64,000 nt of DNA from NCBI GenBank assembly GCA_903842455.1, contig CAIMLX010000266.1:648-64647 (forward strand), written 5' to 3'. Position 1 is the first letter of the stretch. Each line of letters begins with the position of its first letter. The notes below the pieces were generated by a model, which saw only the letters and a program-made list of their open reading frames with translations, was not told where the DNA came from and searched no databases. Positions 8,802-17,333 of the stretch are shown one piece after another. Made by a program: the position numbers and the translations under genes. Source of the DNA: an uncultured Hyphomicrobiales bacterium. GTDB taxonomy: Bacteria; Pseudomonadota; Alphaproteobacteria; Rhizobiales; Devosiaceae.

Positions 8802-9566
8802 GTGGCATCCGGCATTGCGCTCAGGGACGTCAGCCGTACCTTCGTGTCCCGCGGGCAAACGACCGAGGCGCTGCGCAGCGTCTCGCTCGACTGCGCCCCG
8901 GGCTCGTTCACGGCGCTGATCGGTCCCTCGGGCTGTGGCAAGTCGACCATCCTGCGGCTCTGCCTCGGGCTCGATACGGCCAATGCCGGCACTGTCACGG
9001 TCGACGACCTTCCGCCCGCCGAGGCGACACGCAAGGGGATCACCGGCGTCGCGTTCCAGGACGCGGCGCTGCTTCCCTGGCGGACGGTCGAAAAGAACAT
9101 CGCCCTGCCGCTCGATGTGCTGGGCCTCAGCCTCGGCGACTACCGCGAGCGCATTGCCGAACTGATCGCTCTTGTCGGCCTCAACGGCTTCGAAAAGGCG
9201 TTGCCGGCCGAACTGTCCGGGGGCATGCGCCAGCGCGTCGCCATTGCCCGCTCCCTGGTGACCACCCCCAGGGTGCTTTTTCTCGACGAGCCGTTCGGGG
9301 CGCTCGACCAGATCCTCCGCAAGCAGATGAACATCGAACTGCAGCGCATCTGGATGGAGACGCAGGCGACGACGCTGCTTGTGACCCACGGCATCGACGA
9401 GGCGGTATTTCTGGCCGACCGCGTGGTGGTGATGGCCAGCCGTCCGGGCCGCATCTCCCGCATCATCGAGATCGACCTCCCCCGTCCTCGCGACCCGGCC
9501 CTGTTCAACCAGGAGCATTTCCACGCGCTCGAGCGGCAGGTGTCGGAGGCGCTCGATGGGCATTAG
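8802..9566 (+). CDS. ABC transporter ATP-binding protein (NitT/TauT family)
   Basis: Walker [10 protein letters not shown], signature [15 protein letters not shown], Walker B VLFLDEP, H-loop VTHGIDEA. Confidence 0.95.
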   Translation: MASGIALRDVSRTFVSRGQTTEALRSVSLDCAPGSFTALIGPSGCGKSTILRLCLGLDTANAGTVTVDDLPPAEATRKGITGVAFQDAALLPWRTVEKNIALPLDVLGLSLGDYRERIAELIALVGLNGFEKALPAELSGGMRQRVAIARSLVTTPRVLFLDEPFGALDQILRKQMNIELQRIWMETQATTLLVTHGIDEAVFLADRVVVMASRPGRISRIIEIDLPRPRDPALFNQEHFHALERQVSEALDGH

Positions 9567-11130
9567 CCACTGGCCGGGTTGGGCTCGGGCTTTGCTGAAC
9601 CTCGCCCTCGTTCTCCTCGTCTGGGAGGTCGTCGGGCAGTTCCAGCTGGTAGCCAGCGGCGCGCTGCCGCCTCCGAGCGCCGTGCTGCTGCGGCTCGTCG
9701 CCGACTGGTACGACTATCCCGAGCATATCGCGGCCACGCTCTATGGCGCCGGCGTGGGCTTCCTCATCGGCAACCTGGTAGCGGTGGCGGCCGGTGTGCT
9801 CTTCGCGCTCTATCCGATAACCTCGCGCGTCGCCCGCGGCCTCAATGTCGCGATCTTCGCGCTCCCGCCGATCGCCATTTCACCCATCCTCGTGCTGACC
9901 CTCTCGGACATGGCGCCGCGGATCGTGCTTGCCGCGCTGGGCTGCTATTTCGTCACCATGACGGCGACCGTCGTCGGGCTGACCCAGGCCGATGCCCGGG
10001 CCGTCGACGTGGTGCGCGCCTATGGCGGCCGCAAGTGGGCGGCACTGCGTTTTGTACAGTGGCGCAGCGCGCTGCCGACCATACTTTCGGGCCTCCGTAT
10101 CGCCGCGCCCAATGCCGTGCTGGGCTCTATTCTGGCCGAGTTCGGCGGCGGTGGCCGCTGGGGGCTTGGGGTCTATCTTCTAGGCTCCCTCGGCCGCGCC
10201 GAGCCGGACCGGCTCTGGGGTATCGGCCTCGTCGCCACCGGCATCGCGGCGCTTGCCTATTTTGCCTTCGCTGCGCTGGCAGGAGCCATCAATCGCGGCT
10301 CGCAGGCGGTGACGGTGCCCAGCGCTGTCCTCAGCGCCGGTGACAAGCCGAGGCCGGCCTGGCAGCAGGCGCTCATCATCGCGTCGTCGGTGGCCTTGCC
10401 GTTCGCCCTCTGGTGGGTGCTGCTCGCGGTGCTGCGCGTGCCCTCGATGATCGCCAAGACGCCACCCGGCCTGTTCGAGTACCTGTTCCTGCTGCCCAGC
10501 GCGCCGATTGCGCAGGGCAAGCTGCTGGCCGCCCTGGCACAGACACTGCCGATGACGCTGATCGGCATGGTGCTGGGCCTCGCCCTGGCCTTCGCCTTGG
10601 CGCTGTCGTCGCAGATCTGGCCAGCCATCGTTCGCGCCTTCATGCCGGTAGCGCTGGTCACCCAGACCATGCCCCTGGTGGCACTGACGCCGCTCCTCGT
10701 GCTGATGCTGGGCCGCGGGCCGGCGGTGATCCTCTGGATCACCATTTCGGTCACGTTCTTTCCGGCCTTCGTCACCATGGCACAGGGGCTGCTGCAGGTG
10801 CCGCGCGCCGCGCTCGAGGTGCCCAAGGCGTACGGCGCCGGCATCTACAAGCAGCTGCGGCTCGTGTCGGTGCCAGCCTCGCTGCCTTACCTTTTTGCCG
10901 CCACGCGGCTGACGGTGCCCCGGGCCCTGCTCGGCGTGATGATCGCCGAGTGGCTGGCCACCGGCACCGGCCTTGGCAACCTGCTCAACCAGTCGCGCGG
11001 CTACATGGATTACGGAATGATCTGGGCGGTGGCCGTGGTCTCGGTGCTGATCTCGGTGCTGTTCTACCAGATCGTGGTGGTGGTCGAACGCCGGACCCTC
11101 GGTCGGCTCGGCATGGCCAGCGCGGAATGA
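9556..11130 (+). CDS. ABC transporter permease, fusion of two permease domains
   Basis: 524 aa, twice the usual length for this family. There are two hydrophobic halves, each with an EAA-like loop ([29 protein letters not shown] and [26 protein letters not shown]). The start overlaps the ATPase stop by 11 nt. Confidence 0.9.
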   Translation: MGISHWPGWARALLNLALVLLVWEVVGQFQLVASGALPPPSAVLLRLVADWYDYPEHIAATLYGAGVGFLIGNLVAVAAGVLFALYPITSRVARGLNVAIFALPPIAISPILVLTLSDMAPRIVLAALGCYFVTMTATVVGLTQADARAVDVVRAYGGRKWAALRFVQWRSALPTILSGLRIAAPNAVLGSILAEFGGGGRWGLGVYLLGSLGRAEPDRLWGIGLVATGIAALAYFAFAALAGAINRGSQAVTVPSAVLSAGDKPRPAWQQALIIASSVALPFALWWVLLAVLRVPSMIAKTPPGLFEYLFLLPSAPIAQGKLLAALAQTLPMTLIGMVLGLALAFALALSSQIWPAIVRAFMPVALVTQTMPLVALTPLLVLMLGRGPAVILWITISVTFFPAFVTMAQGLLQVPRAALEVPKAYGAGIYKQLRLVSVPASLPYLFAATRLTVPRALLGVMIAEWLATGTGLGNLLNQSRGYMDYGMIWAVAVVSVLISVLFYQIVVVVERRTLGRLGMASAE

Positions 11131-11148
11131 AACTCCTGGAGCAATGCG

Positions 11149-11895
11149 ATGATTGATGCGGTAGCCGAGCACAAATCGGAAGTGCGCGAGCGGGTATGGG
11201 CCGAACTGCGCAAGGTGGCGGTGCCTGACAGCCGCTTCCATTTCGATTTCGGCGAGTTCATTGCCGATTTCCAGGGCGGCGACGCAGCCGTCGCGCGGCT
11301 GATCGCCCATCGCTACTATCGGCAGTCGAACTTTGTCTTCATCACCCCCGACAACTGCCTCGACCGGCTTCGGCTCAGGGCCTTGCAGGATGGCAAGACG
11401 GTGCTGATGACCACCTATTCGATCAAGCGCGGCTTCTGGCTGCTGGACCCCAAAGCCATCGATCCGGAGCTCTATCTCTATGCCTCGACGCTGGACGGCA
11501 TGGAGCGGGTGGCAAAGCCTGTCGATCTCGAGGCGATCCGGCAACTGCCGCCGGTGGAGTACATGGTCACCGGCACCGGCGCCATCAACCTGGAAGGCGT
11601 GCGCTTCGGCAAGGGCCACGGCTTCTTCGATGCCGAGTGGGGCATGCTGTACCAGCTCGGGCGCGTCACCACCGACACGCCGACCGCGGCCGTGGTGCAC
11701 GACTGCCAGGTCCTGGACGAGAAGCTGACGCCGGCCGTTTTCGATACGGTCGCCGACGTCGTCTTCACGCCAACGCGGACCATCGAAGTGTCCGGCCCGC
11801 ACAAGCCGACCGTGGGTATCCTCTGGGACGTGCTCGACCCACACATGTTCGAAACCATCCCACCGCTGCAGCAGCTCAAGGCGATGGGACTGTAG
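11149..11895 (+). CDS. 5-formyltetrahydrofolate cyclo-ligase (COG0212) family protein, paralog B
   Basis: 248 aa that aligns end to end with paralog A (FITPDN, VRFGKGHGFFDAEWGM, VVHDCQVLDEKL, IPPLQQL). Identity looks like roughly 40% by eye. Confidence 0.75.
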   Translation: MIDAVAEHKSEVRERVWAELRKVAVPDSRFHFDFGEFIADFQGGDAAVARLIAHRYYRQSNFVFITPDNCLDRLRLRALQDGKTVLMTTYSIKRGFWLLDPKAIDPELYLYASTLDGMERVAKPVDLEAIRQLPPVEYMVTGTGAINLEGVRFGKGHGFFDAEWGMLYQLGRVTTDTPTAAVVHDCQVLDEKLTPAVFDTVADVVFTPTRTIEVSGPHKPTVGILWDVLDPHMFETIPPLQQLKAMGL

Positions 11896-11896
11896 A

Positions 11897-12334
11897 CCGT
11901 CTTCTGCACGCAGTGCCTGTCCCAGGGGGGGCGAAATCGCCGTGCCGGCCGGAAGCGGCCGCTCCGCCTTCATCGACGTAGCCGATGTGGGCGCGGTGGT
12001 GGTGCACTGCCTGCTCGGGCAAGGGCATGTCGGGCAAGGCTATACGCTGACCGGACCCGAGGCCCTCGACTTCGCGCAGGTCGCCACTACGCTGTCGTCG
12101 ACCCTGGGCCGCCCCATCCGGTACCGTCCCGTTTCCGTGCCGCGATTTGTGCTGGAGAGATGGCGCGAGGGCACGCCGCTCGCCTTGTGCCTCGTCATGG
12201 CGGCGCTCTATACGCTGCAGCGGTTCGGCCAGGCCGCAGCAACAACCGGAACGGTCCGCCAGTTGCTGGGGCGGGCGCCGACCGATTTCGCCACCTATGC
12301 CCGCCAGCGGTTCCCGGCGTCAGGAGCTTCGTAG
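11897..12334 (+). pseudogene. C-terminal remnant of an NmrA-like/NAD(P)-binding SDR-type protein (N-terminal Rossmann half missing)
   Basis: ORF 11942..12334 (FIDVADVGAVVVHCLLGQGHVGQGYTLTGPEALDFAQVATTLSSTLGRPIRY) matches only the C-terminal half of NmrA/YbjT-like proteins. Similarity-like sequence (GGEIAVPAGSG) runs upstream in frame until it meets the stop of the preceding gene. No Rossmann GxxGxxG region is present. Confidence 0.55.
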
Positions 12335-13165
12335 CCCCGAGAGAGCCTCGGTCTCGACAGCGCTGGTTGTCAGGCTGGGCTGCGCCGAGGCGATTGCCTC
12401 TGGGGTGCGGTCAGTTCTCGGTGCCGCAACGACCGCAGCCGCAAGGAGCACGACAAGTATTGCCGCAGTGATCAAGACGCCCCGCCGTTCAACCTTTTGG
12501 CGGGCTGCCAATGCAATCCCGCCGAGCGCCCAGATCACCGTCAGGGCGTAGATCATCGATGCCGTCGACCATGCTATGATCAGGGCAACACCACCGGCGG
12601 CAAGCAGCAGCAGAATGCTGAGCGTCGGCCCGACGGACAGGCCCTTGGCGCGGAGGACCGACGAGAGGTTGACCACGACGGCTGCCGTGACCCACCCGGC
12701 AAAGAGGTAGAAGGGTGCCGCAACCAGCCACCACTCAACCGGTCCCTGCCCCCAACCGCCCCACACGAGAAACACTAGGATGAGGCTGAGGCCGAAAAAC
12801 TCGCAGACGGCCAACAGAACGCTGGTCCATCCCATGCCGAAGCGGGGGACTACATATTCCCAGACCGTGTTGGCGGCGAAGACTAAAGCTGCGATCCAGC
12901 CGATCTGCTGCGACATCGGTTGGTCGAGATTGCCAGGCAAGGCCTGCCACACGGCAAAGGCGATGCAACTGGCAAAGATAAGCCCCCAGATGGCAAAGGC
13001 CGGGCCTACAGGGACAACGGGTGTGTCAAGCGCCGACGACCGCGACGCCGTCGTATTGGGCCATTTTCGCAAGTCGGGCCAAAAAGCCATGATGCACTGG
13101 GCAAAAGCGAGAACGACGACCACGGCAGCGCGCAGGCCATCGGCCGACCAATAGGAACTGAACAT
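12320..13165 (-). CDS. Hypothetical polytopic membrane protein (Trp-rich)
   Basis: Start ATG 13165 (MFSSYW...). About 8 hydrophobic segments and many Trp residues (FAIWGLIF, WEYVVPRFGMGW, VWGGWGQGPVEWWL). Divergent from a TetR gene. No family recognised. Confidence 0.7.
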   Translation of the reverse strand: MFSSYWSADGLRAAVVVVLAFAQCIMAFWPDLRKWPNTTASRSSALDTPVVPVGPAFAIWGLIFASCIAFAVWQALPGNLDQPMSQQIGWIAALVFAANTVWEYVVPRFGMGWTSVLLAVCEFFGLSLILVFLVWGGWGQGPVEWWLVAAPFYLFAGWVTAAVVVNLSSVLRAKGLSVGPTLSILLLLAAGGVALIIAWSTASMIYALTVIWALGGIALAARQKVERRGVLITAAILVVLLAAAVVAAPRTDRTPEAIASAQPSLTTSAVETEALSGLRSS

Positions 13166-13182
13166 GACCACATCCCTTTTAT

Positions 13183-13220
13183 TAGATCGTTTGATCCACA
13201 AAAAATAGATTGTTTGGATC
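13183..13220. promoter_or_regulatory. Direct repeat TAGATYGTTTG(G)ATC x2, candidate TetR operator
   Basis: TAGATCGTTTGATC (13183-13196) and TAGATTGTTTGGATC (13206-13220) lie in an AT-rich 92-nt divergent intergenic region between the membrane-protein and TetR genes. Confidence 0.3.
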
Positions 13221-13257
13221 GCTCGATCAATTAAAAAGTGCTGAAATCGGAGGCGAG

Positions 13258-13902
13258 ATGGTCCGGACCAAGGGTGCGCGCAACCTGAATAACGACGCGC
13301 GGCGAAGCGAAATGATCGATCGCATGCGCGAAAGGCTGGGCCAGCGTGGGGCAGTCAGAGCGTCCTGGCGCGAACTGGCAGCCGCAGCAGACGTCAGCCT
13401 GGCCACGCTCAATCATCATTTTGGCAAGCGCGATGACGTTATCCGCGCCATCCTTCATGCCAATGGTGCGGCTGGAGCTGGCCCCCTTGCCGTGCTCGCC
13501 ACACCCGGTGAAGACTTTGCCGCATCGATCAACGCCGCGGTCGCGCATCTTGCCATGGGCTTTCAAGTCGGCGTGGGCGACATGGTCGCCATCGGGCTGA
13601 TCGAAGGGCTGCGTCAGCCCACGCTGGGTGAGGTCTTTGTCGAGGAAAGCCTCGAGCCGATCATTGCTGCGATGGCGCAGCGCCTCGCCAAGCACCAGGC
13701 CATGGGCCAAATGGTGGTGACCGATACCCGGATCGCCGCGCTGCAACTGGTCGCGCCGATTCTCCTGGCGGACTTGCATCAGCAGCAGCTCGGCGGGGAG
13801 GCAGCCCATCCGCTCGATATGGCCGAAGTGTCGGCTAGTGTCGCCGGAGCATTTGTGCGCGCTTACGGATCAGGTCCGCTTACCGAAAAGCCGACCCAAT
13901 AG
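13258..13902 (+). CDS. TetR/AcrR-family transcriptional regulator
   Basis: ATG 13258 is preceded by GGAGG (13249-13253). The HTH is SWRELAAAADVSLATLNHHFGKRDD. Confidence 0.85.
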   Translation: MVRTKGARNLNNDARRSEMIDRMRERLGQRGAVRASWRELAAAADVSLATLNHHFGKRDDVIRAILHANGAAGAGPLAVLATPGEDFAASINAAVAHLAMGFQVGVGDMVAIGLIEGLRQPTLGEVFVEESLEPIIAAMAQRLAKHQAMGQMVVTDTRIAALQLVAPILLADLHQQQLGGEAAHPLDMAEVSASVAGAFVRAYGSGPLTEKPTQ

Positions 13903-14058
13903 CGGAAGGGCAACTTATCGCCCCGTTTCAGCCGAACTAACAATGGCCGAGCAGCGGTGACCCCCGCCTCATCACTCCTGCTGATCAACCCGATCACAGC
14001 ATTGCGTTGGCCGGGGCGGTCGCGAGGGGTTAGAGAGACCCCGACTGAGGGGACCGAC

Positions 14059-14829
14059 TTGATCGAACTGATGCTTCTGGTTGCCGGCGTCATCGCCGGC
14101 ACGCTCAACACGCTGGCGGGCGGCGGCTCGTTCGTGGCGTTTCCGGCGCTGCTCGCGGCAGGCGTGCCGCCCGTGATTGCCAATGCCACCAACACCTTCG
14201 CCGCCCTGCCCGGCTATATCAGCGGTGCGGCGGGTTTTCGCGACGAGCTGATCCGGCATCGCGCCAGGCTGTTGCCCTACACGCTCATCGCCCTGCTGTT
14301 CGGCTATGCCGGGGCCGAGCTGCTGCTGCATGTCAGCAACGAGGCGTTCAACCGGATCGTGCCGTGGCTGATGCTGCTCGCGGTGCTGCTGTTCGCGTTC
14401 GGCAACCGGCTCAACGCCCTGATCGTGGCGCGGGCCGGCGGCATGCGGGGCGCGAAGCTCACCGGGGCGATCCTGTTGCTGGGGCTGCTGGCGGCGCTCT
14501 GCGTCTATGGCGGGTTCTTCAACGCCGGGCTCGGCATCATGCTGCTGGCTTACCTGGCGCTGGCGGGGATGACTGACATCCACGCCATGAACGGGCTGAA
14601 GCTCTGGATCTCGTCGGTGGTGGCGGTGATCGCGGTGGTGCGCTTTGCCCTCTCGGGCTCGATCGACTGGTACTACGGCACCATCACGCTGGTCGGGGTG
14701 GTGGTCGGGGCCTACGCCGCGGCGCGCCTCGCGCACCTGATCCCCCGGGACCTGCTGCGGACACTGGTGATCGTTTACGCAGGCGCGCTCACCGTCTGGT
14801 TCTTCTACACCGCGTATTTCGCCGGCTGA
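14059..14829 (+). CDS. TauE/SafE-family anion (sulfite) exporter-like membrane protein
   Basis: The protein has LLVAGVIAGTLNTLAGGGSFVAFPALLAAGVPPVIANATN and a second half with GFFNAGLGIMLL. The start is uncertain: TTG 14059 (GAGGGG 6 nt upstream) or ATG 14071. Confidence 0.85.
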   Translation: MIELMLLVAGVIAGTLNTLAGGGSFVAFPALLAAGVPPVIANATNTFAALPGYISGAAGFRDELIRHRARLLPYTLIALLFGYAGAELLLHVSNEAFNRIVPWLMLLAVLLFAFGNRLNALIVARAGGMRGAKLTGAILLLGLLAALCVYGGFFNAGLGIMLLAYLALAGMTDIHAMNGLKLWISSVVAVIAVVRFALSGSIDWYYGTITLVGVVVGAYAAARLAHLIPRDLLRTLVIVYAGALTVWFFYTAYFAG

Positions 14830-14830
14830 G

Positions 14831-16918
14831 CTACGCCCGAGCCAGCCATACCGACGTATCGTGGAATGCGGCTCCACCGAAGGGGCGGACAGGGTCGGAG
14901 CCGATCAGGGTGTTGATGCCGGCGCCACCATGGTGCGCGGAGTTCGAATGGATGCCCTCGGCGATCACGACGCGCCGCTGCATGCCATCGAAAAGCTGAG
15001 CCTTCAGAGTCACTTCACCGCGGCTGTTGCCGAGCCGCACGAGGTCGCCTTCGGCGATCCCCAGCTCGGCCGCGTCAAGCGAGTGGATCATCACCGACGG
15101 CTCGGGGTGGCGCTTGCGGCTGCCCGCCGTCTCCGAAAAGCTGGAGTTGAGGAAAGCTCGGGCCGGGCTCGTGGCGAGGCGGAACGGGGTGACGTCGTCG
15201 ATGCCCTCGGTGACGTCCCAGTGGTCGGCAAAGCGCGGCATTTCGGCCGGGTCGCAGGCCCAGAGATAGCCGCCCTTGTCGAACACGCCCTGCCAGTTCG
15301 GGGCGAAGCGGTAGCGGCCATCGGGCCAGCCGAAGCCGTCGGCGAAATGCGCCTTCGCCACCGGCTGCGGGCTTTCGATGAAGCCGGTCTTCTCGATCTC
15401 GTCGAGTTCCCCGAACCCGGAGCGTCGGAAGGTCTCGGCCACCATCTGCCGGTCGGTGAGGTGCATCGAGGGGTGATCGGCGCCGAGCCGGCGGAGGAGG
15501 TCGTTCACCACCTCGAAGTTCGAGCGGCACTCGCCCGGCGCCTCGACCAGCTGCGGGCCGTAGAGCACGCGGGTGTGGCCGCCGCGGCGGTAGTAGTCGT
15601 TGTGCTCGAGGAACATGGTGGCGGGCAGCACGATATCGGCCATCCGGGCCGTATCGGTCATGAACTGCCCGTGCACCACGGTGAACAGGTCGTCGCGGGC
15701 GAAGCCGGCGCGGGTGAGCCCCTGCTCGGGCGCGACGTTGACCGGATTGGTGTTCTGGATGAACAGCGCCTTGACCGGACCACCGCCCTTGAGGGCCGCA
15801 GCATCGCCGGTCAGCACCTTGCCGATCTCGCTCATGTCGAGTTCGCGCCCGGCCGGGCCCATGTCGGCGCCGTAGATCAGCGACTTGTCGATCTTCCAGC
15901 TGCCCGAATTGGAGTGGAAGGCCCCTCCCCCGGTGTGCTGCCAGGCGCCGGTCATCGAGGCGATCGACAGCGCCGCGTGCATCGCGGTGGCGCCGTTGCG
16001 CTGCCGGGTGAAGCCGTAGCCGAGGCGGAAATACGTCTTCGGCGTCGTGCCGACGAGCCGCGCGAAGGCCTCGATCTCATCGACCGTCAGGCCGGTGATG
16101 GCCGCCGCCCATTCTGGCGTGCGGCTTGCGAGGTGCGCTTCGAACTGCGGCGAGAAATCGGTCCAGCGGGCCATGTAGGCACGGTCGGCGAGGTTGTCGC
16201 GCAGCAGGATGTGCATCACCGCCACGGCCAGGGCGCCGTCGGTGCCGGGGCGGAGCAGCAGGGCCATGTCGGCCTGCTCCATGGTGGCGTTGCGGTAGAT
16301 GTCGATGACCACCAGCTTGGCGCCCCGCTCCTTGCGGGCGCGGACGGCGTGGGTCATCACGTTGACCTGGGTGGCGACCGCATTGGTGCCCCAGATCACC
16401 ACGCAGTCGGCCTCGGCCATTTCCTCGGGGTTCGGCCCGGTCAGGCGGCCGGCGCCGGCGAGGAAGCCCGGCCAGGCGGTGCCGGTACAGATGGTGTCGT
16501 ATTGCCGGGAGTAACCGCGGGCGTGGCGCAGCCGCTCGATGCCGTCGCGGTGCACGTGGCCCATGGTGCCGGCGTAGAAATACGGCCAGACGGCCTCCGC
16601 GCCATGCTCGCGCTCGATCTGGAGCAACCGGGTGGCGATCTCCGCCATCGCCTCGTCCCAGCCGATTCGATGCCACTCGCCGCTGCCCTTCGGACCGACG
16701 CGTCGGAGCGGATGCAGCAGCCGGTCGGGATTGTGGATGCGCTCGGCATAGCGCGCCACCTTCTCGCAGATGACGCCGGCGGTGTAGGGGTCGTCCTTGG
16801 CGCCGCGCACGCGCCCGATGGTCTGCGCGTCGATGATTTCGACGTCGAGCGCACAGGTGGACGGGCAGTCGTGCGGGCAGACGGAGCGCGCGATGCGGGG
16901 TGTGGTGAGAGCGTTCAT
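14831..16918 (-). CDS. Molybdopterin (Mo/W-bis-PGD) oxidoreductase family protein, cytoplasmic
   Basis: 695 aa with an N-terminal Fe-S Cys cluster CPHDCPSTC and no Tat or signal peptide. It has long collinear family-like blocks (VIWGTNAVATQVN, C-terminal VMIHSLDAAELGIAEGDLVRL). The substrate is unknown. Confidence 0.9.
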   Translation of the reverse strand: MNALTTPRIARSVCPHDCPSTCALDVEIIDAQTIGRVRGAKDDPYTAGVICEKVARYAERIHNPDRLLHPLRRVGPKGSGEWHRIGWDEAMAEIATRLLQIEREHGAEAVWPYFYAGTMGHVHRDGIERLRHARGYSRQYDTICTGTAWPGFLAGAGRLTGPNPEEMAEADCVVIWGTNAVATQVNVMTHAVRARKERGAKLVVIDIYRNATMEQADMALLLRPGTDGALAVAVMHILLRDNLADRAYMARWTDFSPQFEAHLASRTPEWAAAITGLTVDEIEAFARLVGTTPKTYFRLGYGFTRQRNGATAMHAALSIASMTGAWQHTGGGAFHSNSGSWKIDKSLIYGADMGPAGRELDMSEIGKVLTGDAAALKGGGPVKALFIQNTNPVNVAPEQGLTRAGFARDDLFTVVHGQFMTDTARMADIVLPATMFLEHNDYYRRGGHTRVLYGPQLVEAPGECRSNFEVVNDLLRRLGADHPSMHLTDRQMVAETFRRSGFGELDEIEKTGFIESPQPVAKAHFADGFGWPDGRYRFAPNWQGVFDKGGYLWACDPAEMPRFADHWDVTEGIDDVTPFRLATSPARAFLNSSFSETAGSRKRHPEPSVMIHSLDAAELGIAEGDLVRLGNSRGEVTLKAQLFDGMQRRVVIAEGIHSNSAHHGGAGINTLIGSDPVRPFGGAAFHDTSVWLARA

Positions 16919-16966
16919 GAGCGTGTCATAGCACGGTCAGGATTGGCCTTGCAGCCACGCTGCGGC

Positions 16967-17158
16967 CTATTCCTCGGCGCGGATACGGGCGAGTTCGGCG
17001 TTGTAGATCCTGAGGCTGAGGAAGATCGCAAACAGGAAGCAGACGATGCCGGTCATCTGCGATAGCGGCAGCGCGCTGGCCAACGGAATGTGCTTGGCGA
17101 TGAGCAGGGCGACGATGAGCGTCAACACGGACACCACTTCATGGAAGCGGAACAGCAT
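16967..17158 (-). CDS. Small hypothetical membrane protein (2 TM)
   Basis: 63 aa with an ATG start and two hydrophobic helices (VVSVLTLIVALLIA; GIVCFLFAIFLSL). It lies 48 nt upstream of and co-directional with the Mo-oxidoreductase. Support is ORF and composition only. Confidence 0.45.
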   Translation of the reverse strand: MLFRFHEVVSVLTLIVALLIAKHIPLASALPLSQMTGIVCFLFAIFLSLRIYNAELARIRAEE

Positions 17159-17333
17159 GGCTGCCTATTTCTTTCCAACGTTGCGCGCCCATAATGCGCG
17201 TATCTGAGGCCCAAAAACCCGGCCGCATGACCGGAGCCCTGCGCACACGTTAGGTGAAAGCCCTGAAGGTTCCATCAACTTTCGCGTTATCCGGCTTTTT
17301 CCAGATTCCGCCGTACCGCGCCTGCAACAGTGA

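Noticed and set aside
10180-11973. 597-aa minus-strand ORF, and the similar 8024..9100, 8646..9563, 20811..22640, 41072..42667, 54521..55522 and 59914..61278 ORFs
   Set aside because: All lie antisense to genes with unambiguous motifs (permease, 5-FCL-like, SBP, ATPase, helicase, fabF, cvpA, TlyC). They have Arg/His/Gly/Asp-rich composition, no recognisable domains, and no room for promoters or RBS.
14861-17065. 734-aa plus-strand ORF
   Set aside because: It is antisense to the molybdopterin oxidoreductase, which has clear family motifs. The composition is shadow-like (G/A/R/V/H-rich).
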